Source of the DNA: an uncultured Gammaproteobacteria bacterium
GTDB lineage: Bacteria; Patescibacteriota; Microgenomatia; Daviesbacterales; UBA10151
Length of the DNA stretch: 64,000 bases
Direction: 5' to 3'
NCBI GenBank assembly: GCA_964394855.1
Contig: CAYMZD010000002.1
Coordinates: 60,575-124,574 of the forward strand
In this document: piece after piece, positions 8,994 to 19,053 of the stretch
Numbering within the stretch: position 1 is the stretch's first letter
Layout of the letters: each line of letters opens with the position of its first letter
The notes under the pieces: model-generated
What the model was told of the DNA's origin: nothing
Seen by the model: the letters and a program-made list of their open reading frames with translations, nothing else
Databases searched by the model: none
Program-made: the position numbers and the translations under genes

Positions 8994-10402
8994 GTAAGGC
9001 GAGGGAATAATGGTTTGTCTGATTTAATTCGCCCGCTGAATTGTTTTAAGATTTTTTGGGAGGTTTCCGGTAAAAAGGGTTGTAGATTAAAGGCAATTTG
9101 TTGAATTCTTGCAACGTAATCTTCTAAAATCTTTTTTAATTTTTCACCTTCAAGTTCCCAGGGCTTTTCTTCATCGATCTTTTTATCCACTTCGGCAATT
9201 TTCTCCCAGATAAGGGTTAATGCTTCATTAAATTTATACTCAAGTAAGACCTTGCCAATATCATCCCCGATCGTGTAAGGTATTGGCTCTATTGAGAGAT
9301 TATTCTGCTCACAAAGTTTGGCCACGCGGGCTACCAAATTTCCCAATCCATTAGCCAAATCAGCATTATAGGCAGTTTTTAGTTTTTCCTCTGAAGTATC
9401 ACTATCTTCTGTAACAGTGGTATAGCGCATTAAATAATAACGCACAGCGTCCGAGCCGTATTTTTCCACCCAATCTGTCGGTCTAATCACATTACCCAAT
9501 GACTTGCTGATTTTTTGTCCATTAAGGCCTAAAAATCCGTTAACTAAAATGGTTTTGGGAAGCTCCAACCCGGCCGATTTTAGCATGGCCGGCCAAAGCA
9601 GGGCATGCCATCTTAAATTATCTTTTCCCAAGATATGAATATCTGCCGGCCAGAATTTTTCAAAAAGTTTGGGATTTTCCAAGAAGCCAATTCCTGTTAA
9701 ATAATTTGTCAAAGCATCAAACCAAACATACATGATATGGTTTGGCTGATTGGGTACTGGTACCCCCCATTTAAAGCTCGTTCTGGAAATGGGGATATCC
9801 TGAATACCCCCTCTGGCAAAAGACAAAACTTCCTGCCTCTTGCTTTCCGGGAAAACAAATTCAGGATGATTTTCAATGTGGTCAACTAGAAATTCCTGAT
9901 ATTTGCTCCATCTGAAAAAGAAATTTTTTTCGCTAAACTCTTGAATTTCTAAAGTGGGGTGAAACTGGCATTTGCCATGACTTAAATCTTTTTTTGTATA
10001 ATATGCTTCACAACCGGGACAATACAAACCTTTAAAATCACCCAGATAAATATCACCATTTTTATCTACTCTTTTCCAGATTTCCTGGGCCACCTTAGTA
10101 TGATCCGGATCTGTAGTTCTGATAAATCGGTCGTATGAGATATTTAATGAATCTTGTTGTTTCTTGTCTGATTTGGCAATTTCATCAACATATTCTTTAG
10201 TTGGAGTACGAGTCTCTTTCGCTGCCTTTTCTGCCCTTTGCCCATATTCATCAGTACCTGTCAAGAAAAAAACTTGTGTCTTACCCAGCTTGAGTCGATA
10301 AAAACGCGCCAAAATATCGGCCGCGATTTTTTGAAAAGCATGGCCAAGATGGATGGTGCCGTTGACATAATCAATGGCAGTAGTAATGTAAAATTTTTTC
10401 AT
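8990..10402 (-). CDS. metG: Methionyl-tRNA synthetase, short form
   Basis: YITTAIDYVNG..HLGH, TGTDEYG, YVWFDAL and KISKSLGN. Confidence 0.97.
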   Translation of the reverse strand: MKKFYITTAIDYVNGTIHLGHAFQKIAADILARFYRLKLGKTQVFFLTGTDEYGQRAEKAAKETRTPTKEYVDEIAKSDKKQQDSLNISYDRFIRTTDPDHTKVAQEIWKRVDKNGDIYLGDFKGLYCPGCEAYYTKKDLSHGKCQFHPTLEIQEFSEKNFFFRWSKYQEFLVDHIENHPEFVFPESKRQEVLSFARGGIQDIPISRTSFKWGVPVPNQPNHIMYVWFDALTNYLTGIGFLENPKLFEKFWPADIHILGKDNLRWHALLWPAMLKSAGLELPKTILVNGFLGLNGQKISKSLGNVIRPTDWVEKYGSDAVRYYLMRYTTVTEDSDTSEEKLKTAYNADLANGLGNLVARVAKLCEQNNLSIEPIPYTIGDDIGKVLLEYKFNEALTLIWEKIAEVDKKIDEEKPWELEGEKLKKILEDYVARIQQIAFNLQPFLPETSQKILKQFSGRIKSDKPLFPRLT

Positions 10403-10405
10403 TCC

Positions 10406-10777
10406 TTACCTCCTTAAAGACTTAAGTTTAGGTATTTTCATGCTTGATGTCAAACTTTTTTTCTTTTGTTTTTGAAAATAACTGACAAATAAATAAACTG
10501 CCAGTAGAGTTAGCCCAGCTGTGACTAGATTCAAAGCATCAAGGGCTTTTAAAATTAAAAGTAAAATTAATCCAAAAGAAAGAAAAAAAGAGATGGGGGA
10601 TAAGTTAAGTACTAAATTAAAGGAAAAAGATAAAGCCAAAAATAAAGGGATGAAAAAAGCCAGAATTTGTAATAACGAGGCTTGGGTTAAACTTTTGGGA
10701 TATTCCACTTGAAAAATAACATAAGCAAAAATCCCCCAAAACGCTAAAGCCAAAGTGAATTTTAAAATTAAACTCAT
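10406..10777 (-). CDS. Hypothetical four-TM membrane protein
   Basis: Hydrophobic ORF with basic tail; TACAAT 6 nt before the ATG. Confidence 0.7.
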   Translation of the reverse strand: MSLILKFTLALAFWGIFAYVIFQVEYPKSLTQASLLQILAFFIPLFLALSFSFNLVLNLSPISFFLSFGLILLLILKALDALNLVTAGLTLLAVYLFVSYFQKQKKKSLTSSMKIPKLKSLRR

Positions 10778-10791
10778 GAGTTAATTGTAAC

Positions 10792-12900
10792 TCATGCTCC
10801 AATGACTTTAAATGTGGAGCCTTCTGCATTTTTAGAAACTTCAATACGGACAGGGAACTCCTCTTTTAGCTCATCTAGATGGGTAATAATAATAATTTTT
10901 TCAAAATCATTTTTGATGGCATCTAAAACTTCCACAATTCTCGATCTTCCTTGGGTATCTTGAGTGCCAAAACCCTCATCAATCACCAAAAACTGCAGTC
11001 TGGCCCCGGCTCTTCTTGTTAAAAGCTTAGAGATGGCCAAGCGAATGGCAAAATTAACCCTGAAAGCTTCCCCTCCGGAATATAAATCATAGGGTCTTTC
11101 ACCCATCTCATCGGAAATAATAATATCCAGAGTCTCAATAATATTATCTGTGGTTTTCCCCTCGCGTTGAGTTAAAAAAGCCACTTTCATCCGGCCTTCT
11201 GTCAGTTTATCGAGCAGTTTATTAGCCTCATCCTCAATTTCAGGAATGGCAGTTTCTATAATCATGGCCTGGATGCCTTTTTTGCCAAAAGCCAAAGAGA
11301 GTTCCTCGAAATTTTGTTTTTCTTTTTCGAGAATTATTCTTTCTTCTATTTTTTGTTTTTGTAATTTTTGAAGCTGCATTGATCTGGATATTAACTCCGT
11401 TGCCTGACCAAGTAAGTTTCTGGTTTGTTTCTCCTCTGCTTGCAAATCGTTCAGCCTTCTTTCTTTTTCTGTCAAATCCCCCTCTGTTTTGGGAAGCTTT
11501 TCAAGTTCCAGCTGCAACTTTTCCACTTGTAATTTTTTATTTTTAAATAAATTAAGTAATTCTTCTCTGGTCTTTTTTTCCGTTTCCAAAGAGGCTCTAT
11601 CTTGTAAAATCTGCTCTTTTTGTTTTTGCAAATTTTCCAGTCCTTTCAAAGAGTTTTCCAAATCTTGAAGTTTTTGGGAATCAACTACCAAGGTAGATAA
11701 CACTTTTTCTATTTTTTTAATTTCCTGTTCTTCTTTTTCTGTTTTGATTTCTTGCAACTTTTTTCCTAGTCCCTCTTTCCTAGTTCCTAGTTCCTTGTGG
11801 ACTTTGTGCTTTAAATCTTTGCCAATTTCCTGCCCGCAAGTGGGGCATTTGGCACCCGGCATTGCCAGTTTTTTTAACTCATCTTGCAAATCATCCAATT
11901 GTTTTTGCAGGGTTTTTTTCTGCTCCAATTTAACATTTAGCCCTCCCTGCCAATCTGATAACTCTTTTTGCAGCTGCAGCTTTTCGTTCTGTTTTTTTCT
12001 TAAATCTTCCAGTTCTGTTTTTTCTTTTTGCAATTTTTCTATTCTATGTTCTATCTCTTCAAAATTCTTAATTCTTAAGTTCAAATTCTGAATTCTATTT
12101 GCTCTTTCCTTTCCCTGTGCTATAATCTGTTCCAGCTCTTTTTGCTGATCCTCCAAATTTTGCACAGTCTCTTTTTGTTTTTGTAAATTTTTTAAATCCT
12201 CTTCCAAAAGCTTAATGCTACCTTCAATTCCTTTAACTTTTTCTGTTTGTTCATGCAAGGTCTTCTCTCTCTCCTCTTTTTGCGATAGTTCCGCCTCAAT
12301 TTCCAATAGCTGATATTCCAAAAGTTTTAAGCTGTTTGCGGTCTCTTTAACTTTTTCCCGGGCACGCTCTTCCAGCTGGTCATAATGAGACAAACCCAAA
12401 ATATCTGCCAAAACTCTTTTTCTATCTGTTGGCCCTTTGGTGGTAAATTCATCGGCATGGCCCTGGCGTAAAAAGGAGGAGTTGGTAAAAGTTTCAAAGG
12501 AAAGATGAAGTGCATCAATTATTTTTTGCTGGGTAGTTTTAATGGTACCTTCGGTTAAATTATTTGCTTGTGGTGAGCCTGTCGAACCACTCCAAAATTC
12601 CAAATTACTGGAACCGCCACGGATTAAGCTTCTTTGCCTTTTGACAATAAATTCATGGCCATCCAGTTCAAAGGAGAACTCCACATACATTTCCTTGGCT
12701 CCCAGATGAATAAGCTCATCTGATGAGTCCCCGGCCCTTGACCAGCCCCATAAACACCAGGTAATGGCATCCAACAAAGATGATTTGCCGGCGCCATTGG
12801 ACCCGGAAATTGCAGCCAGTTTAAATTTTGTAAATTTAAGCTCCGGCACATTTTCCCCATAACTGGTAAAATTTGATAATTTCAGTGAAATGGGTATCAT
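10792..12900 (-). CDS. sbcC: SbcC/Rad50-like ATPase
   Basis: Walker A GSNGAGKSS, coiled coil, zinc hook CPTCGQ, YSGGE signature, IDEGFGTQD. Confidence 0.93.
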   Translation of the reverse strand: MIPISLKLSNFTSYGENVPELKFTKFKLAAISGSNGAGKSSLLDAITWCLWGWSRAGDSSDELIHLGAKEMYVEFSFELDGHEFIVKRQRSLIRGGSSNLEFWSGSTGSPQANNLTEGTIKTTQQKIIDALHLSFETFTNSSFLRQGHADEFTTKGPTDRKRVLADILGLSHYDQLEERAREKVKETANSLKLLEYQLLEIEAELSQKEEREKTLHEQTEKVKGIEGSIKLLEEDLKNLQKQKETVQNLEDQQKELEQIIAQGKERANRIQNLNLRIKNFEEIEHRIEKLQKEKTELEDLRKKQNEKLQLQKELSDWQGGLNVKLEQKKTLQKQLDDLQDELKKLAMPGAKCPTCGQEIGKDLKHKVHKELGTRKEGLGKKLQEIKTEKEEQEIKKIEKVLSTLVVDSQKLQDLENSLKGLENLQKQKEQILQDRASLETEKKTREELLNLFKNKKLQVEKLQLELEKLPKTEGDLTEKERRLNDLQAEEKQTRNLLGQATELISRSMQLQKLQKQKIEERIILEKEKQNFEELSLAFGKKGIQAMIIETAIPEIEDEANKLLDKLTEGRMKVAFLTQREGKTTDNIIETLDIIISDEMGERPYDLYSGGEAFRVNFAIRLAISKLLTRRAGARLQFLVIDEGFGTQDTQGRSRIVEVLDAIKNDFEKIIIITHLDELKEEFPVRIEVSKNAEGSTFKVIGA
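11763..11797. repeat. Heptamer tandem repeat (TTCCTAG-type, 5 units) inside sbcC
   Basis: ttcctag tccctct ttcctag ttcctag ttccttg. Confidence 0.7.
12065..12099. repeat. Degenerate heptamer repeat (TTCTTAA-type) inside sbcC
   Basis: ttcttaa ttcttaa gttcaaa ttctgaa ttctatt. Confidence 0.55.
12570..12590 (-). repeat. REP-like hairpin (TTCGA..CTCA family) inside sbcC
   Basis: Coding strand GTGG-TTCGA-CAGG-CTCA-CCAC, encoding SGSTGSP. Confidence 0.75.
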
Positions 12901-12903
12901 GAG

Positions 12904-14046
12904 TTAAAATAATTGTTCGGCAAATTTTAATAGCTCTTTTTGTCTTACCTTATCGTATTGTTTGGCAGAAAAATATTTTTTCAAAGCCTCCAAGGGGGTT
13001 AATCTTTCCACCTCTTCTTGTCCGTCTATTTTTAAACGTTCCTTTCTTTCCACATTCCGGGAAATGCCGGCAATAAAATGAGTATCTTTAAGAGTTTTTT
13101 TAATTAAATCCATTTGCAGGGTTTCATTTAAATCGGCTGGAATATTGATCACAATCCGAACAATTTTATCCATCACTTCGTGTTTTGAGATATCTTCTAA
13201 AACAGTTTGAGTGGGATTTACATCATCTGGTTTTAAATTTACCTCGATTGTCAAAAACTTTCTGGCATTGGTGGGAATAAATTTAAACCCTGTTTTTTTA
13301 CCAGAAATTTCCACCAGGCAAGCTCCTTTTTCCTCTTTCTCTTCCCCAAAATCTATTCTCTGGGGTGAGCCGGAATAAACTACTAATGGGTCTTTACTCA
13401 AAACCTGGTGTTTGTGAATATGACCTAAGGCCACATAATGCAAACGGCGGTCAGTTAAAAGGGATAGAGGGATGGTGACATCATTTTGGATGGCCATGCC
13501 TTTTTCCGACCCAAAACTTGCCCCTTCCACTTCGGCATGGGATAAAAATATGGCAGGGGAGTCAGGTTTAATTTTTTCATACAAAGAGTGAATTTTATCA
13601 CCGATAGTTTTATAGTCATTTTTATGAAGCCAGGGTAAAGTGACAATTTGCAAAGGGCCTGACTTGGTGGGGATTTGTAAAAGCTCCGGTTTTCTGGAAA
13701 CATAAACATTGTTTATTTCTAGGGTAGAGTAAATATCCAAAGTATTGGCTTTTCCCGCTGCATTAGGCGTATCATGATTTCCCACCACCAGAACTACTGG
13801 AGCAAACTTGGCTAATTTTTTTATTCTTTCCCCAAAACCACGTTGTTGAGTGGGGTTGGGGTCGCGGGTTTTATAGGCATCTCCGGCAAATAAAACCGCA
13901 TCAACCTCTTCTTTTTGCGAGAGCTCCACAATAAAATCAAGAGTGGCAAAAAAATCCAAAAGACGGGAGGATAAACCGGTTTCTGGATCTAATCGAGCAT
14001 AATTTTCCATGCCAATATGAAGATCAGAAAAATGAAGGAGCTTCAT
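12904..14046 (-). CDS. sbcD: SbcD/Mre11-like nuclease
   Basis: HFSDLHIG, AGD, VGNHD and ALGHIH; ATG 14046 lies 6 nt after TATAAT. Confidence 0.94.
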   Translation of the reverse strand: MKLLHFSDLHIGMENYARLDPETGLSSRLLDFFATLDFIVELSQKEEVDAVLFAGDAYKTRDPNPTQQRGFGERIKKLAKFAPVVLVVGNHDTPNAAGKANTLDIYSTLEINNVYVSRKPELLQIPTKSGPLQIVTLPWLHKNDYKTIGDKIHSLYEKIKPDSPAIFLSHAEVEGASFGSEKGMAIQNDVTIPLSLLTDRRLHYVALGHIHKHQVLSKDPLVVYSGSPQRIDFGEEKEEKGACLVEISGKKTGFKFIPTNARKFLTIEVNLKPDDVNPTQTVLEDISKHEVMDKIVRIVINIPADLNETLQMDLIKKTLKDTHFIAGISRNVERKERLKIDGQEEVERLTPLEALKKYFSAKQYDKVRQKELLKFAEQLF

Positions 14047-14053
14047 GGGCCAA

Positions 14054-14551
14054 TTATACCCGATACAACCAAAAGTCTCCAGACTTTTTATATGGTTTCC
14101 AGTTTTTAAAATGGTAAGTTTGGGTGATAATTTTTGCATCTTTTTTTACCTCTTTTTTTAATTTGTTTTTCAGTTTAGCTACCCCTTCGTGTAAAAGATA
14201 AATAAATATTACATCTGCATCTGATAAATCTTTTTGAAAAATATTTCCATGAAAAAAATTGGCATTTGGTAAATTTCTCTGACGAGCTTTCCACCTGGAA
14301 TATAAAACTCTAATCCAGCTTTGCTCTATGCCGTAAGCTTCGGCCCCCATCCTGGCTGCCTCCAGGACTATTCTGCCGTCACCAGAACCCAATTCATAAA
14401 AATTTTTGCCTTTTAAATTGACAAGCTTTAGAGCTTTTTTAATTTTTTCTTGTTTAGTGGGAACAAAAGGGGCATCAGACCCCGCAAACCAGGACAATCC
14501 AATAAAACAACCAAGTAATACCCCACCCGTGATTATGAATGTTAATTCCAT
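14054..14551 (-). CDS. Membrane-anchored class I SAM-dependent methyltransferase
   Basis: N-terminal TM, APFVPT and ELGSGDGRIV. Confidence 0.85.
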   Translation of the reverse strand: MELTFIITGGVLLGCFIGLSWFAGSDAPFVPTKQEKIKKALKLVNLKGKNFYELGSGDGRIVLEAARMGAEAYGIEQSWIRVLYSRWKARQRNLPNANFFHGNIFQKDLSDADVIFIYLLHEGVAKLKNKLKKEVKKDAKIITQTYHFKNWKPYKKSGDFWLYRV

Positions 14552-15552
14552 TTAATTATCTTTAAAAGAAAAACTTTTAAAGGCATTAGTTTATCAATTA
14601 GAGTAAATATCCAATAAATGGGCCAATTAAAAACTAAATCATAAGTTCCAAGGTATTCTACCAGCTGCCCGCCATAACCTTGTTTGAATCTATGGAAACC
14701 AAAAAATGGATCTTTGGGATTTGCATCTGGTCCCAAGGCTCCCCACATGTCAAACTTCTTAAGCCCTAATTTTTTTCCCAATTTAATTGCTTCCCAAGCA
14801 ACCAAGTTATTGGCCATTACTTCCGGATGATCTTTGGAAGATCCCCCATAAGGATAATACAGAGTGTCTTTGAAATTTAGCAACATCCAGGCAGTTAGGG
14901 GTTTTTCCTGATAAAAAGCAATCAGTAATCTGGCCATATTGGCATTTTTTAAAGTAAGCCAAGCTTTTCTGTGATAGTTTTCATTGTGGCCATGATAACC
15001 CTGTCTTTGGGTAGTTTCAAAATATAGTTTTAAATAAATTTCAAAAGCTTTGTCATCTGAACATTGTTCTACTTTAACCCCATGTTTCTGGGCCAGCTTA
15101 ATGTTGTATCTGGTTTTAGGGTGCATATTTTTTAAAAGTTCCTCTTCAGATTTAATTAGGTCAATAATAAAGTTATATTTAGTGAATAAAGGTTTGGGGG
15201 AGGGGTGAAAATCGCTTATAACTAGGAACTCAGAACTAGGAACTAGGCTCTCTGGTTCCACTTTGATAAATGCACAATTTTGTTCCTTACCAATTTTTTT
15301 TAAAGCTTGGGCCAGCTCTTTGTCTGGCTGTGGACCTTTGGGTAGATACCCCACGGATTGATTGGTAAATGGAATTTTATGTAATGTTAACTGGAAAGCT
15401 TTTTGCAGTTTGCCATTTGTGTCAAGTCCATATCGCAACACTGGTATTCCCAAACTTTTTCTAAACTCTCCCCACTCCCATGATTGGATAACATGGGTGA
15501 CTAATTTATTATACTTTGCTTTTTGGTTATCTTCTATCAGTCTTAAATCCAC
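14542..15552 (-). CDS. FemAB/MurM-family peptidyltransferase
   Basis: QSWEWGEF, YLPKGP, KTRYNIKLA and FKQGYGG. Confidence 0.9.
   Translation of the reverse strand: MDLRLIEDNQKAKYNKLVTHVIQSWEWGEFRKSLGIPVLRYGLDTNGKLQKAFQLTLHKIPFTNQSVGYLPKGPQPDKELAQALKKIGKEQNCAFIKVEPESLVPSSEFLVISDFHPSPKPLFTKYNFIIDLIKSEEELLKNMHPKTRYNIKLAQKHGVKVEQCSDDKAFEIYLKLYFETTQRQGYHGHNENYHRKAWLTLKNANMARLLIAFYQEKPLTAWMLLNFKDTLYYPYGGSSKDHPEVMANNLVAWEAIKLGKKLGLKKFDMWGALGPDANPKDPFFGFHRFKQGYGGQLVEYLGTYDLVFNWPIYWIFTLIDKLMPLKVFLLKIIKWN
15220..15247. repeat. Heptamer tandem repeat (AACTAGG-type, 4 units) inside the femAB-like gene
   Basis: aactagg aactcag aactagg aactagg; reverse complement of the sbcC TTCCTAG unit. Confidence 0.72.
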
Positions 15553-15583
15553 TTGTTATCAATTATAACAGTTGCAGGTTTGT

Positions 15584-16195
15584 TTAGAAGATTTGGATTT
15601 TGGCGGACTGGCGCAAGCTTTGGAATTTTTCTCCAAAGATCTTTGATAATTTTTGTTGACGCACACTGTCTTCTGCCAGTTGTTTAAATTTGGCTGCATC
15701 TGTGGCTTCAGGAACATTGGCATTATCTTCCATAAATTTTTTAACTTCTTCACCAGAGGGAGAAGATTCATTTTCATATAATTTCTCCACCAAAAGTTGC
15801 AACCTGGTTTGACGAATAAACTCATCACGGGTTATCCCTTGCTGTGAAAGTAACATTTCAAAAGTCTCCTTACCCCCATAAGCTGTTTCTGCTTCTTTAA
15901 TTTTGTCGTTGACTTGTGGGGGAGTTATTGAAATCCCTTTTTTGGCAGCTTCTTGCTCCAAGACTTTTTCATTAATCAGCTGATTTAAAATTCTATCTTT
16001 ATAAAGATTATTTAGTCTATTGTTTAGCTCAAAAGCGGAAATGGCTTGACCGTTAACAATGGCTGCCACAAACCAAGATTTTTTATAAAAAACGAGAAGT
16101 AGTAAACCGATCACTAAAAGAGCTACATAGAGTTTCTTGTTTTGTCGGATATTTTTAAAACTGGTTACTAAATTCTGAAATCTTTTTTTAGCCAT
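15584..16195 (-). CDS. SurA N-terminal domain / PrsA-like foldase without a PPIase domain
   Basis: TM followed by AAIVNGQAI, ILNQLINEKVLEQEA and LRQSAKI. Confidence 0.8.
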   Translation of the reverse strand: MAKKRFQNLVTSFKNIRQNKKLYVALLVIGLLLLVFYKKSWFVAAIVNGQAISAFELNNRLNNLYKDRILNQLINEKVLEQEAAKKGISITPPQVNDKIKEAETAYGGKETFEMLLSQQGITRDEFIRQTRLQLLVEKLYENESSPSGEEVKKFMEDNANVPEATDAAKFKQLAEDSVRQQKLSKIFGEKFQSLRQSAKIQIF

Positions 16196-16225
16196 TTTCT
16201 GGATAGTAACAAAAGGGTTGGAAAA

Positions 16226-16912
16226 TTACAATAGGTAAATATCAATAAATTGGGCCCTCCAGCCGGCAGTTTGTGCGTCATCAAAACCTAAATCAATAAT
16301 ATTGCCCTTAATGGCTCCACCAGTGTCCCCAGCTACTGCCACCCCATAACCCGGGATATAAACTTTCGATCGTAAGGGTATAACTTTGGGATCAACAGCA
16401 ATCACACCTTTACCTGCCCTCATACCAATGGCCGTCCATTCATTACAACCCAAACACTTTGAATCATAATGGGTGGCATAAACCCGCATTTTTTTCCAGT
16501 ATTTAATTTCTCCATCGGGAGTTACAAGGGTTTTCCAGACAATTTTAGTTCCCCGGGAAACAATTTTATCTGTGGGAGGGGTAATCTCGGTAGAGACTAT
16601 CTCCCTTTCATATTCTTCCCCTTCAAAAAAGGTAATTTTGATAATTTTTACTCTTTTGCCATCTTGACCTTCTTCTAAAACCTTATCTATTCCCGCTTCG
16701 GTTTCCGGATCATCCCGATAAATGGTCTTTTTAGGAATACTTTCAGTTTGCTCTTCCAATTTAGAGGTAAAACGGGACTCTGTTACCACCGGTTGGGTTA
16801 CGGGAAGAGTGTCCGGCGTACTTGCTTCGACAGTGGTTGGTGTAGTAGAGAGAAAATTTCTCCCCAAAAATATTAAAGCAAAGATTAAAATAGCCCCCAA
16901 ATATCTTTCCAT
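16226..16912 (-). CDS. G5 plus 3D domain protein
   Basis: G5 (EEGQDG..RGTK) and 3D (IAVDPKVIPL, AGDTGGAIKGNIID). Confidence 0.9.
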   Translation of the reverse strand: MERYLGAILIFALIFLGRNFLSTTPTTVEASTPDTLPVTQPVVTESRFTSKLEEQTESIPKKTIYRDDPETEAGIDKVLEEGQDGKRVKIIKITFFEGEEYEREIVSTEITPPTDKIVSRGTKIVWKTLVTPDGEIKYWKKMRVYATHYDSKCLGCNEWTAIGMRAGKGVIAVDPKVIPLRSKVYIPGYGVAVAGDTGGAIKGNIIDLGFDDAQTAGWRAQFIDIYLL

Positions 16913-16918
16913 TTATTG

Positions 16919-18739
16919 TTAGATGTTTAACCAATCATCCTCATCGGTTTGGTCAATGTCACTATCTCTAAATTGACTACTTGCTACAATCAAATTTTCC
17001 GGAATATCTACTAAAAATCTGGAGACCAAATTATTAGATCTTTTCCCGAAATACAACCTTTGTCTGGTATAAGTTAGATATAATTTATTCATAGCTCTGG
17101 TGATACCAACATAGCAAAGTCTTCGTTCCTCTTCAAGTTCATGCGAGGAGAGCATAGATCTGGAGTGTGGAAATAATCCTTCTTCCATGCCTACCATAAA
17201 AACCACCGGAAATTCCAAACCTTTGGCATTATGCAAAGTCATCAGGGTGACTGCTTCACCTACATCCTTTTTATCATAGCCGCTTTCTACCAAAGCCACA
17301 TTTTCTAAAAATTCGCTTAAGCCGGGAAACTGCTCTGCCACGCTTCGCAGTTCTTTGACATTTTCCACCCGTCCCTTACCCTCCTCGCTACCGTCATCAA
17401 GATAGGTTAAATAACCTGTGCGAGATAGGATTTGGTCTAATAGATCTAATACGACGTATTGATCTAATTGGAGGTGGATTTCGCTGTAAAGCTCCATGAC
17501 TTTGGCAAGTCTTCCTTTACCAATTTTTTCAGCACGTTTTGTGGAGATTGAATCTTGAGGGTTTTGTAATAAACGAAGATAGGAGACCACGTCTTTGATC
17601 TCCCTTCTTTGGTAAAAACTGACCCCACCAACTAATCTATAAGGCATACCAAATTTTAAAAATTGTTCTTCCAAGCTTCTTGATTGAGCATTTGTTCTGT
17701 ATAAAACGACGAAGTTGGATAATGGGGGTTTTAATTTGGAGATGATAAAACTTGCTTCGTCTACCTCATTTCTGGCTTCATAAGTTTCTATTTTTTCACC
17801 TCCGTTTTTATTGGTCCACAGTTTTAAAATGGGATGGGTCTTATTTTTGGAAATAATGCTATGCGCTGCATCCAGAATAATTTGGCTAGAGCGGTAATTT
17901 TGTTCTAGATTAAATACTTTTGCTCCCGGATAATCATTTTGAAAATTAACTATGTTTCTAAAATCAGCACCCCTGAAAGAATATATACTCTGGCTCGCAT
18001 CGCCAACCACACAGATATTTTTATGGCGGTTGCCTAAATACTTACTGATTAAATATTGGGCTGGATTGGTATCTTGATACTCATCAATTAAAATAAACTT
18101 AAATTGAATTTGGTAACGAGTTAAAATCCTCGGATCGGTTTGAAAAAGTTTAATAGTGGAAAGCAGTAAATCATCAAAATCCAAGGCGGAATTTTTTTGC
18201 AGAATTTTTTGGTATTCCAGATATATTTTGGCCACCTGCTCCTGAAAAAATCCTCGGGCATATTGGGGATATTCAAGGGCGGAAATCAACTCATTTTTAG
18301 CAGAAGAGATAGTGGCACGGACGCCATAAGGTGGTGTTTTTTGGATGGGAATATTTAGATTTGCCATGGCTTCTTTAATGGCATCCAAACTATCACTCTC
18401 GTCATAAATGGTAAAACTTTTGGAAAGACCAATTATTTCTCCATCCCTGCGTAAAATTTTGGCGCAAAAAGAGTGGAATGTTCCCATCATTGGTTGGGTG
18501 GGTAAGTTTCCAATTAATTTTTTAATCCGTTCAATCATCTCGCCCGAGGCTTTATTGGTGAAGGTCAAAACCAAAATATTTTCTGGAGGGATTTTCTTTT
18601 GGGAAATTAAATAAGCCACACGGTATGTCAAAGCTCTGGTTTTGCCACTCCCTGCCCCGGCCAAAATTAACACTGGCCCTTCAGTCGCTTTGACTGCTTT
18701 TTGCTGCTCGGGATTTAAATCATCTAAAAGGGAAGGCAC
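16919..18739 (-). CDS. pcrA: PcrA/UvrD ATP-dependent DNA helicase
   Basis: LAGAGSGKT, IDEYQDTN, QNYRS, TLHNAKGLEF and EERRLCYVGITRA. Confidence 0.96.
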   Translation of the reverse strand: MPSLLDDLNPEQQKAVKATEGPVLILAGAGSGKTRALTYRVAYLISQKKIPPENILVLTFTNKASGEMIERIKKLIGNLPTQPMMGTFHSFCAKILRRDGEIIGLSKSFTIYDESDSLDAIKEAMANLNIPIQKTPPYGVRATISSAKNELISALEYPQYARGFFQEQVAKIYLEYQKILQKNSALDFDDLLLSTIKLFQTDPRILTRYQIQFKFILIDEYQDTNPAQYLISKYLGNRHKNICVVGDASQSIYSFRGADFRNIVNFQNDYPGAKVFNLEQNYRSSQIILDAAHSIISKNKTHPILKLWTNKNGGEKIETYEARNEVDEASFIISKLKPPLSNFVVLYRTNAQSRSLEEQFLKFGMPYRLVGGVSFYQRREIKDVVSYLRLLQNPQDSISTKRAEKIGKGRLAKVMELYSEIHLQLDQYVVLDLLDQILSRTGYLTYLDDGSEEGKGRVENVKELRSVAEQFPGLSEFLENVALVESGYDKKDVGEAVTLMTLHNAKGLEFPVVFMVGMEEGLFPHSRSMLSSHELEEERRLCYVGITRAMNKLYLTYTRQRLYFGKRSNNLVSRFLVDIPENLIVASSQFRDSDIDQTDEDDWLNI

Positions 18740-18795
18740 ATCAACTATTTTAACATATAGACAATTTTTAAAAAGGTTGTTAGTATTTTTAAGTC

Positions 18796-19053
18796 ATGAC
18801 AAAACTTTTAGATTTTTGGGCAGTTTGGTGTGGGCCTTGTAAAATGATGGAGCCTATTTTGGCAGAGCTTAAAAAAGAGCTTGGGACACAAGTAGAATTT
18901 GTAGAAATTAACGTAGATGAAAATCCAAATGAAGCTGCCAAATATGGAGTCATGAGCATACCTACTTATGTGGTTTTAAAAGATGGCAAAGAAGTAGCCA
19001 GAAAAATTGGATATACCCCTAAAGTTGAGATGTTAAAACTACTTTCTATTTAA
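18796..19053 (+). CDS. trxA: Thioredoxin, short form
   Basis: DFWAVWCGPC and SIPT. Confidence 0.92.
   Translation: MTKLLDFWAVWCGPCKMMEPILAELKKELGTQVEFVEINVDENPNEAAKYGVMSIPTYVVLKDGKEVARKIGYTPKVEMLKLLSI

Noticed and set aside
10771-10796. AACTCATGAGTT palindrome and repeated AACTCATG
   Set aside because: Largely explained by a start codon, a stop codon and a -10 box in a 14-bp gap
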